From the NCBI GenBank assembly GCA_023251625.1, contig JAHEYK010000006.1, positions 26,229 through 50,228 on the forward strand: a stretch of 24,000 bases of DNA. The letters are read 5' to 3'. The stretch comes from Bacteroidota bacterium. Its GTDB lineage: Bacteria; Bacteroidota; Bacteroidia; Palsa-948. A program made the translations under genes and the position numbers. Positions 7,699-14,147 of this stretch are shown here, piece after piece. Position 1 is the stretch's first letter; every line of letters starts with the position of its first letter. The notes beneath the pieces were generated by a model. The model was not told the origin of the DNA. It saw only the letters and a list, made by a program, of their open reading frames with translations, and did not search any database.

Positions 7699-8688
7699 AT
7701 GAAAGTAGCAATTGTAGGAGCCACAGGATTAGTTGGAAGCGTAATGGTAAAGGTTCTTGAAGAAAGGACTTTCCGTGTAACAGAATTTTTTCCGGTAGCA
7801 TCAAAACGCTCCGTTGGAAGAGATGTAAGTTTTCGCGGCAGAACATATAAGGTAATTGGCATGGACGAAGCGATAGCAGCAAAGCCAAACATTGTTTTGT
7901 TCTCGGCAGGTTCTGCAACTTCTATGGAGTGGGCGCACAAGTTTGCCGCTGCGGGTGCTGTGGTGATCGATAATTCTTCGGCATGGAGAATGCATCCCGA
8001 TATTAAATTGATCATTCCGGAGATCAACGCAGGCCAGATACGTAAAAAAGACCGCATCATAGCAAATCCGAACTGTTCAACCATTCAGATGCTGATGCCT
8101 TTGTATCCGCTGTATAAAAAATACGGCATCTCCCGCATTGTTGTTTCTACTTACCAGGCAGTAACCGGAACAGGCATGAGGGCCGTTGAACAACTGATGA
8201 ACGAACGTAAAAATATTAAATCAGAACCGGTTTATCCTTATCCGATCGATCTGAATCTGATCCCTCACATCGCCGATTTCAACGAAGAAGGATATACGAA
8301 AGAAGAAATGAAAATGACAGAGGAGACACAAAAAATATTTGATGATAAGAAAGTAAAGGTCACAGCAACCTGTGTGCGTGTTCCTGTTGTAGGGGGCCAC
8401 AGCGAATCGGTGAACATAGAACTGAAAAAAGATTTTAAGATCGAAGACGTGCGCAGAATACTTTCCGATACAAAGGGCGTTGTATTGCAGGATGATTTCC
8501 GCAACAATAAATATCCTATGCCTATGTTTGTTCAAGGCAAGGACGATGTTTTTGTAGGACGTATCCGCCGGGATAACTCTCAGGCGAAAACCCTCAACAT
8601 GTGGATCGTAGCTGACAATCTGCGCAAAGGTGCTGCCACTAATGCAGTTCAGATCGCAGAGTACATGGTTGCGAAAAAACTCATTTAA
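7699..8688 (+). CDS. asd: Aspartate-semialdehyde dehydrogenase
   Basis: 329 aa. N-terminal Rossmann motif MKVAIVGATGLVGSVM, active-site region IIANPNCSTIQM, and C-terminal VADNLRKGAATNAVQIAE; all are characteristic of Asd. Confidence 0.97.
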   Translation: MKVAIVGATGLVGSVMVKVLEERTFRVTEFFPVASKRSVGRDVSFRGRTYKVIGMDEAIAAKPNIVLFSAGSATSMEWAHKFAAAGAVVIDNSSAWRMHPDIKLIIPEINAGQIRKKDRIIANPNCSTIQMLMPLYPLYKKYGISRIVVSTYQAVTGTGMRAVEQLMNERKNIKSEPVYPYPIDLNLIPHIADFNEEGYTKEEMKMTEETQKIFDDKKVKVTATCVRVPVVGGHSESVNIELKKDFKIEDVRRILSDTKGVVLQDDFRNNKYPMPMFVQGKDDVFVGRIRRDNSQAKTLNMWIVADNLRKGAATNAVQIAEYMVAKKLI

Positions 8689-8707
8689 AAACAGAACCAA
8701 ACAAAAA

Positions 8708-8740
8708 GGCCGGCAATATTATTATTGCCGGCCTTTTTTT
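8708..8740 (+). terminator. Strong rho-independent terminator after asd
   Basis: Perfect 11-bp stem GGCCGGCAATA (8708-8718) / TATTGCCGGCC (8723-8733) with a 4-nt loop, followed by T7 (8734-8740) and preceded by A5. Confidence 0.8.
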
Positions 8741-8756
8741 ATTAATACAAAACCCA

Positions 8757-9134
8757 ATGGGAATAATTTCAGAGTTCAAAAAATTTTCCCTGCAGGGGAA
8801 TGTAATAGATCTTGCAGTGGGTGTTGTTATTGGTGCATCTTTCAGTAAAATAGTGTCATCGCTGGTAGATGATATCATTACTCCGGCTGTTTTAACCCCT
8901 GCCCTTAAAGCAGCAAGGCTTGCTGACCTGGGCCAGCTGGTTATTACGGGAACAGCGATCAAGTATGGAAATTTTCTTTCCGAGATCATTTCATTTACCT
9001 TGGTTGCATTTGCATTATTTCTTGTTATTAAGGGAGTGAATGCAGCTAAAAGAAAAGAAGCAACAGCCCAGGCAGTATCCGGTACCGATAAACTTCTTAC
9101 AGAAATAAGAGATGTTCTGAAAGAGAAAAAATAA
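8757..9134 (+). CDS. mscL: Large-conductance mechanosensitive channel MscL
   Basis: 125 aa. The N-terminus FKKFSLQGNVIDLAVGVVIGASFSKIVSSLVDDIITP is the conserved MscL TM1 signature, and there is a second TM helix (ISFTLVAFALFLVI). Confidence 0.95.
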   Translation: MGIISEFKKFSLQGNVIDLAVGVVIGASFSKIVSSLVDDIITPAVLTPALKAARLADLGQLVITGTAIKYGNFLSEIISFTLVAFALFLVIKGVNAAKRKEATAQAVSGTDKLLTEIRDVLKEKK

Positions 9135-9138
9135 TTTT

Positions 9139-10089
9139 ATGAAAAATATTTTTATTTTCTTTTTCTGTCTTATTACATTCTCCGGATTTTCCAGGGCAAA
9201 AATGGATTCTGCAAAGGCCATCCCTGATTCACTCAAAATCTGGAAGAGTGGAGGGATCGCAAGCCTAACCTTCTCGCAGGTATCTCTTACCAACTGGGCG
9301 CAAGGAGGAGAGAATTCCCTTTCGGCAACGGCCATGCTCCACCTTTTTGCTAATTATAAGAAGGGGCACTCTTCCTGGGATAATTCATTGGATGCTACGT
9401 ATGGATTTTTGCAGACAGGGAGTACCCCCACACGCAAGAGTGATGATAAGATTGATCTTACTTCTAAGTATGGATATAAAACAAGTAAGAACTGGAACAT
9501 TGCTGCACTTGTGAATTTCAAATCACAATTTACACATGGATTTAATTATCCGAATGACTCATCTGTTATATCAGATTTCCTCGCACCGGCCTACATACTT
9601 GTTTCAACAGGAATGGATTATAAGCCGAATGATAATTTTTCTTTTTTTGCCTCTCCGATTACAGGCAAGGTCACCCTTGTAAACAGCCAAACACTGGCTG
9701 ATGCCGGAGCTTACGGAGTTCAAAAAGCATTGTTTGATTCTTCCGGTGTACTGACCTCGAAGGGAAAAAGGGTGCGGTATGAATTCGGAGCCCTTATCTC
9801 CACAAAATTTAAAATGGAAATAGCCAAGAACATCAGCTTATATTCCAAAGCTGACTTTTTCACCAACTACTTTAACGATCCGCAGAACATAGATGTGAAC
9901 TGGGATGTGCTCATCAGTTTCAAAGTAAATAAGTTTATTTCGGCAAGCATAAGCACCACTCTTATCTATGATCACGACATTCCGGTACCCATTTATAAAG
10001 ATATAAGCGGAGTTAAAACACAGGTAGGAACAGGGCCGAGAACTCAGTTTAAGGAAGCCCTTGGAATAGGATTTTCCTATAAATTCTGA
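9139..10089 (+). CDS. Outer-membrane beta-barrel-like protein, DUF3078-like
   Basis: 316 aa. Signal peptide (MKNIFIFFFCLITFSGFS). The motif SLTFSQVSLTNWAQGGENSLS is one I associate with the Bacteroidota DUF3078 family. Alternating beta-strand pattern, with C-terminal …GIGFSYKF ending in Phe as in OMPs. The family name is from memory. Confidence 0.6.
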   Translation: MKNIFIFFFCLITFSGFSRAKMDSAKAIPDSLKIWKSGGIASLTFSQVSLTNWAQGGENSLSATAMLHLFANYKKGHSSWDNSLDATYGFLQTGSTPTRKSDDKIDLTSKYGYKTSKNWNIAALVNFKSQFTHGFNYPNDSSVISDFLAPAYILVSTGMDYKPNDNFSFFASPITGKVTLVNSQTLADAGAYGVQKALFDSSGVLTSKGKRVRYEFGALISTKFKMEIAKNISLYSKADFFTNYFNDPQNIDVNWDVLISFKVNKFISASISTTLIYDHDIPVPIYKDISGVKTQVGTGPRTQFKEALGIGFSYKF

Positions 10090-10130
10090 TAATTTCATGC
10101 ATTTTAGCACTTTTTATATGTGGTGACAGT

Positions 10131-10161
10131 TTGTCACATACCTGCCTTTTGATTATCTTTG
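10131..10161 (+). promoter_or_regulatory. Candidate Bacteroidota-type promoter for miaB (TTG-N20-TATCTTTG)
   Basis: TATCTTTG (10154-10161) fits TAnnTTTG, with a TTG at 10131-10133. The -33 element lies inside a small palindrome GTGACA-gtt-TGTCAC (10124-10138). The ATG is 11 nt downstream of the -7 box. Motif match only. Confidence 0.35.
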
Positions 10162-10171
10162 CCATCCTTTT

Positions 10172-11602
10172 ATGAATATTTACGAAAATAAAGTGATCGA
10201 TGAGTCCCGCCAGGGCGAAGTGCTGGTAATGGACAAACCTGTGGGCGAGGGCAAGAAGATGTTTCTAGAAAGCTACGGCTGCGCCATGAACTTTTCCGAC
10301 AGCGAGATAGTGGCATCGATACTTGCGGACAAAGGATATTCATCAACCACCGATTTTCATGAAGCCGATCTAATTTTACTCAATACCTGTGCAATACGAG
10401 ACAATGCAGAACAACGTGTGCGCGGAAGATTGAAAGAATACAACATCGCCAAACGTAAAAACCCGAAGTTGATGATCGGTGTTCTGGGGTGCATGGCTGA
10501 GCGGTTGAAATCAAAACTTTTAGAAGAAGAAAAAATAGTTGATATTGTTGTTGGGCCTGATGCTTACCGTGATCTGCCGAATTTGATCGAGAGTGTTGAA
10601 GGCGGACAAAAAGCAGTGAACGTTCTGCTTTCGCTGGAAGAGACCTATGCAGATATAAGCCCCGTTCGTTTGGACAGCAACGGAGTCACCGCTTTCATCA
10701 GCATCACGCGTGGGTGTGATAACATGTGTTCATTCTGCGTGGTGCCTTTTACACGCGGAAGAGAAAGAAGCCGTGACCCCGAGAGCATTGTAAATGAAGC
10801 AAAGAATTTATTTGAACAAGGGTACCGGGAAGTCACTCTTCTTGGCCAGAATGTGGATTCCTATTTATGGGCAAACGGCAAGGCGAAAAAAGAACTGAGC
10901 GATGATGAAAGAGGCCAGGCATTCACCTTTGCAAATTTATTAGAATCGGTAGCAAATGTTTCGCCCGATCTGAGAGTGCGTTTTTCCACTTCCAATCCTC
11001 AGGACATGACGGACGATGTGCTGCACATGATCGCGAAGCATGAAAACATCTGCAATTATGTTCACCTGCCGGTACAGAGCGGAAATACTGAAATGCTCAC
11101 ACGCATGAACCGCGGATACTCACGTGAAAAATATTTGGAGAGAATTGCCGCGATCAACAGCATAATTCCGGGGGCAGGAATTTCAACCGATATCATCACC
11201 GGATTTTGCGGAGAGACCGAACAGGAATATGCCGACACGCTTTCCCTGATGAGTGAAGTGAAGTTTGATTTTGCGTATATGTTCGCTTATTCCGAAAGGC
11301 CCGGAACTATGGCTGAGAAAAAATATAAAGATGATGTGCCTGAAGCACTGAAAAAGACCCGCCTGCAAACAGTGATCGCGCTGCAGCAAAAACATTCTGC
11401 AGAAAGAACAAAACAAGGAGTGGGGAAAGTGCATCGTGTATTGGTAGAAGGAGTTTCAAAAAAATCGGATGAAAGGCTGTACGGAAGAAACAGTCAGAAT
11501 ACAGTAGTTGTATTTCCAAGGCAAAACTTTAAGAAAGGAGATTATGTGAATGTGCTGGCGAAAGAGTGTACGCTGGCTACGTTAATAGGAGAAGTTGTAT
11601 AA
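10172..11602 (+). CDS. miaB: tRNA (N6-isopentenyl-adenosine37-C2)-methylthiotransferase MiaB
   Basis: 476 aa. MTTase N-terminal domain ([15 protein letters not shown]…LNTCAIR), radical-SAM CxxxCxxC (CDNMCSFC), and a C-terminal TRAM-like domain. Confidence 0.95.
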   Translation: MNIYENKVIDESRQGEVLVMDKPVGEGKKMFLESYGCAMNFSDSEIVASILADKGYSSTTDFHEADLILLNTCAIRDNAEQRVRGRLKEYNIAKRKNPKLMIGVLGCMAERLKSKLLEEEKIVDIVVGPDAYRDLPNLIESVEGGQKAVNVLLSLEETYADISPVRLDSNGVTAFISITRGCDNMCSFCVVPFTRGRERSRDPESIVNEAKNLFEQGYREVTLLGQNVDSYLWANGKAKKELSDDERGQAFTFANLLESVANVSPDLRVRFSTSNPQDMTDDVLHMIAKHENICNYVHLPVQSGNTEMLTRMNRGYSREKYLERIAAINSIIPGAGISTDIITGFCGETEQEYADTLSLMSEVKFDFAYMFAYSERPGTMAEKKYKDDVPEALKKTRLQTVIALQQKHSAERTKQGVGKVHRVLVEGVSKKSDERLYGRNSQNTVVVFPRQNFKKGDYVNVLAKECTLATLIGEVV

Positions 11603-11603
11603 C

Positions 11604-12839
11604 ATGGATCTGCAGAGTATAAAAAATCGCTTTGGCATCATCGGCAACTCACCATTGCTTGAACGTGCCATCGATATTGCCACGCAGGTAGCTCCAACGG
11701 ATTTAAGCGTTTTGATTACCGGAGAAAGTGGCACAGGCAAAGAGGTTTTTCCGCAGATCATTCATCAACTGAGTGCAAGAAAACACGGCCCTTATATAGC
11801 TGTAAACTGCGGGGCAATCCCGGAAGGAACGATTGATTCAGAATTGTTCGGACATGAGAAGGGATCATTTACAGGTGCACACGAAGCACGCAAAGGATAT
11901 TTTGAAGTGGCCGATGGAGGAACCATTTTTATGGATGAAGTGGCCGAAATGCCCTTGGCCACCCAGGCAAGGTTACTGCGTGTGCTGGAAACAGGAGAGT
12001 TTATAAAAGTGGGATCATCAAAAACCCAAAAGACAAATGTACGGGTGGTGGCTGCAACGAATGTGAATTTATCGGATGCAATTTCAAAAGGTAAATTTCG
12101 TGAAGACCTTTATTACCGTTTGAATACCGTACCGATCATTGTTCCATCACTGCGCGACAGAAAAGACGATATTCCTTTGCTGTTCAGGAAATTTGCTGCT
12201 GACTTTGCATCTAAATACCGGATGCCCTCTGTAAAATTAAATCCTGAAGCGGAAAAATTATTACTGAACTACTACTGGCAGGGCAATGTCAGGCAGTTAA
12301 AAAATACAACCGAGCAGGTTTCCATCATAGAGAAATCACGCGACATTAACGCTGAAGTCTTACAAAAATATCTTCCTGAACATTCCGGTTCAAAACTGCC
12401 CATGATTTTCAAGGGAGAAAATGAGGGGGAACTTTCAGAGCGGGAATTACTTTATAAGGTCTTATTCGATATGCGTAAAGATGTGGGTGACCTGAAGAGG
12501 ATTGTTTTTGGAATATTAAAAGGGACGGGGGACGGGGGGCGGGAGACGGGGGAGTTCGCTCCTTCTTCTTTCCACGAAAAGACGGTTGATACAGAATTGC
12601 AAAAGACAGAAAATTCAGGGTTGCCGCTTGTGATCAGGCCTTCGACTATTTCCCCACATGAAGATATTCAAACACACGAAGAAGTGCAGGAGCCGCTTTC
12701 TATTGAAGACAAAGAAATTGAAATGATCAAGAACGCGCTTCAGAAGTACAAAGGCCGGCGCAACAGGGCTGCTAAAGAACTTGGAATCTCTGAGCGTACG
12801 CTTTACAGGAAGATCACGAGGTACGGGCTGGAAGAGTAG
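11604..12839 (+). CDS. Sigma-54-dependent transcriptional activator (AAA+ plus Fis-type HTH, no N-terminal sensor domain)
   Basis: Walker A GESGTGKE, GAFTGA-like loop GSFTGA, Walker B IFMDEV, an arginine-finger region, and a C-terminal HTH (NRAAKELGISERTLYRKITRYGL). The track start at 11595 is a TTG overlapping miaB; I prefer ATG 11604. A long acidic, low-complexity linker separates the AAA+ domain from the HTH. Confidence 0.9.
   Translation: MDLQSIKNRFGIIGNSPLLERAIDIATQVAPTDLSVLITGESGTGKEVFPQIIHQLSARKHGPYIAVNCGAIPEGTIDSELFGHEKGSFTGAHEARKGYFEVADGGTIFMDEVAEMPLATQARLLRVLETGEFIKVGSSKTQKTNVRVVAATNVNLSDAISKGKFREDLYYRLNTVPIIVPSLRDRKDDIPLLFRKFAADFASKYRMPSVKLNPEAEKLLLNYYWQGNVRQLKNTTEQVSIIEKSRDINAEVLQKYLPEHSGSKLPMIFKGENEGELSERELLYKVLFDMRKDVGDLKRIVFGILKGTGDGGRETGEFAPSSFHEKTVDTELQKTENSGLPLVIRPSTISPHEDIQTHEEVQEPLSIEDKEIEMIKNALQKYKGRRNRAAKELGISERTLYRKITRYGLEE
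12522..12552 (+). repeat. G-rich tract (three ACGGGGG repeats; canonical G-quadruplex motif) inside the sigma-54 activator linker
   Basis: GGGACGGGGGACGGGGGGCGGGAGACGGGGG has five G-runs of 3, 5, 6, 3 and 5 nt, separated by 1-4 nt loops, on the coding strand. It encodes KGTGDGGRETGE. Confidence 0.7.
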
Positions 12840-12856
12840 GCTGAGGCCCCCTCTAA

Positions 12857-12898
12857 ACCTGCCTGTCCGGCAGGCAGGTCTCCCCCTTCAGGGGAGAC
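12857..12898. repeat. Two abutting GC-rich perfect hairpins in the convergent intergenic region (REP-like; probable bidirectional terminator)
   Basis: Hairpin A: ACCTGCCTG (12857-12865) / CAGGCAGGT (12871-12879), loop TCCGG. Hairpin B: GTCTCCCC (12878-12885) / GGGGAGAC (12891-12898), loop CTTCA. A C-rich leader CCCCCTCTAAA precedes them. They lie between the sigma-54 activator stop (12839) and the tsaB stop (12916). Confidence 0.6.
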
Positions 12899-12915
12899 TT
12901 GTAAGACGCCAGCAC

Positions 12916-14055
12916 TCACTTTTTATTCTGGGCCGAAGAATCAACAAAATCCTTTAAGTAGAAAGGCTCGAAGTAAGCCACATCTTCAATTTTTTTCTCG
13001 GTAAAACATCTTTCAGCAAGAGGAACCATGAATTTTGCCGAGGGATGAATATCATCTATGAAAACTGCATTCGGATGAGAAATTATTTGTTTACATTTTG
13101 ATGCACCATCTCCAAAGAAGAGTATTTTGTTTTTCTGCAGCAGATCTGTAAATGAATTTTCGTTAATTATTTCCGCAGAAGTTTTTTTTATTTCATTCAG
13201 CTGTTCATCGTAAATAGCGCAATAGACCTCCATGCGTCTAGCATCTATCATAGGACAAAACAATTTTTTAGTTTCTTTCGCCCCACCCCCTTCCCCTCCC
13301 CTCAAGGGAGGGGGGAATTTTGATTCAAGAATAGTTTTTATTTGAGAGACAACCAAATAAATATCATCGTACACTTCTTCGTTTGTAAACCGCAATACAG
13401 AAAATCTTTTATCTCCTATAATCTCTTCTCTTAGTTTATCCTCTTCCTTCCTAAACTTATGAATCGTTCCATCAAGTTCAATTACTAATTGTTTTTCTAA
13501 ACAGACAAAATCACAAATAAATTTATCAATAGCATGTTGACGCCTTATTTTATATCCGGTTTTTTTATTACGCAATTTTTCCCAAAGCAATTCTTCTGCT
13601 TTTGTAGGAGCTTTTCTCATTTCTCGGCTATATTCTTTCAATCCATCCCATATTTTTCGTTTAGCTGTGTGGTAAATGGGACTGCTCCCCTCTCCTTGAG
13701 GAGAGGGGTTAGGGGAGAGGCGATTCTCCAAAGAATTTCGGATTTGCCCAGCCGCCATCGCCTCCAGGGAGTTGATCGCGATCAAGGGTTTGTCAAGCGC
13801 ATAACACAAACCTTTTGCAGTGGAGACTCCAATCCTCAATCCTGTAAATGAACCGGGACCCTTGCTTACGGCAATTGCATCTATATTCTGCAAATGGATC
13901 TTTGCCTGATTACAAACATCCTCAATGTAAAGGGTAAGGTTTTCGGAGTGGGAATATTGCTCGTCAATTGATTCTTTCAATGCCAGAAGTTTTCCATTCT
14001 TCCCTAACGCAACAGAACAAGCTTTGGTGGAAGTTTCTAAACAGAGAGTAGTCAT
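12916..14055 (-). CDS. tsaB: tRNA threonylcarbamoyladenosine (t6A) biosynthesis protein TsaB (YeaZ) carrying an in-frame ~147-aa DUF559 endonuclease-domain insertion
   Basis: aa 1-111 (LETSTKACSVAL…SKGPGSFTGLRIGVSTAKGL…) and aa 262-379 (…LFCPMIDARRMEVYCAIYDE…) align by eye to E. coli YeaZ (…[20 protein letters not shown]… / …VLAAIDARMGEVYWAEY…). Together they give the normal ~229 aa. The intervening segment is foreign (see the mobile_element feature). The reading frame is uninterrupted. Confidence 0.85.
   Translation of the reverse strand: MTTLCLETSTKACSVALGKNGKLLALKESIDEQYSHSENLTLYIEDVCNQAKIHLQNIDAIAVSKGPGSFTGLRIGVSTAKGLCYALDKPLIAINSLEAMAAGQIRNSLENRLSPNPSPQGEGSSPIYHTAKRKIWDGLKEYSREMRKAPTKAEELLWEKLRNKKTGYKIRRQHAIDKFICDFVCLEKQLVIELDGTIHKFRKEEDKLREEIIGDKRFSVLRFTNEEVYDDIYLVVSQIKTILESKFPPPLRGGEGGGAKETKKLFCPMIDARRMEVYCAIYDEQLNEIKKTSAEIINENSFTDLLQKNKILFFGDGASKCKQIISHPNAVFIDDIHPSAKFMVPLAERCFTEKKIEDVAYFEPFYLKDFVDSSAQNKK
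13281..13720 (-). mobile_element. DUF559 (Vsr-like PD-(D/E)xK endonuclease) cassette with ~35-nt GC-rich hairpin-containing imperfect terminal inverted repeats, inserted in frame in tsaB
   Basis: The core (about 13321-13674) encodes REMRKAPTKAEELLWEKLRNKKTGYKIRRQHAIDKFICDFVCLEKQLVIELDGTIHKF…FSVLRFTNEEV, the DUF559 pattern as I remember it from YcjD-like proteins. Ends: 13281-13315 CCCCACCCCCTTCCCCTCCCCTCAAGGGAGGGGGG, and the reverse complement of 13686-13720, CCTCTCCCCTAACCCCTCTCCTCAAGGAGAGGGGAG. They match at 25/35 positions in my hand alignment. Each end holds a perfect hairpin (13293-13313 and 13687-13708). The core is AT-rich and the ends are GC-rich. Exact boundaries are uncertain by a few nt. 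Confidence 0.6.
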
Positions 14056-14066
14056 GATAGGGTACT

Positions 14067-14139
14067 AATAACGAATGGCTGCAAATGTTACAAATTTGCT
14101 TTTGTATTTATTCGTAAAATTCGTTTTAGATTCGTTATT
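14067..14139. repeat. Nested inverted and direct repeats in the adaptor-tsaB spacer (possible operator or RNA structure)
   Basis: 10-bp inverted repeat AATAACGAAT (14067-14076) / ATTCGTTATT (14130-14139). It encloses a 6-bp palindrome GCAAAT…ATTTGC (14081-14099) and three direct ATTCGT copies (14110, 14119, 14130). Confidence 0.4.
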
Positions 14140-14147
14140 GGTATCCG

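Noticed and set aside
7695-8700. Minus-strand ORFs (7695-8084, 7801-7995, 8221-8700, 8265-8507) antisense to asd, and 7637-7918
   Set aside because: They overlap the unambiguous asd CDS and have no recognisable motifs. The ORF at 7637-7918 would also run across the asd promoter region.
13281-13720. Group I or group II intron carrying a homing endonuclease
   Set aside because: Only about 90 nt lie outside the endonuclease ORF, far too little for a ribozyme core. The host reading frame runs straight through both ends. The ends are simple hairpins rather than P1-P9 or domain I-VI structures.
13276-13722. Intein interpretation of the in-frame insertion in tsaB
   Set aside because: There is no Cys/Ser/Thr at the first insert residue (the insert starts …N-RLSPNPS). 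There is no His-Asn followed by a Cys/Ser/Thr at the C-terminal junction (…GGGAK-ETKK). There are no Hint blocks. The inserted fold is a Vsr-like DUF559 domain, not a LAGLIDADG or HNH nuclease within a Hint domain.
12916-14055. tsaB as a disrupted pseudogene
   Set aside because: There is no stop or frameshift anywhere in the 1140 nt. Both TsaB halves are complete and conserved motifs are intact. I therefore call it a CDS with an insertion, although function remains untested.
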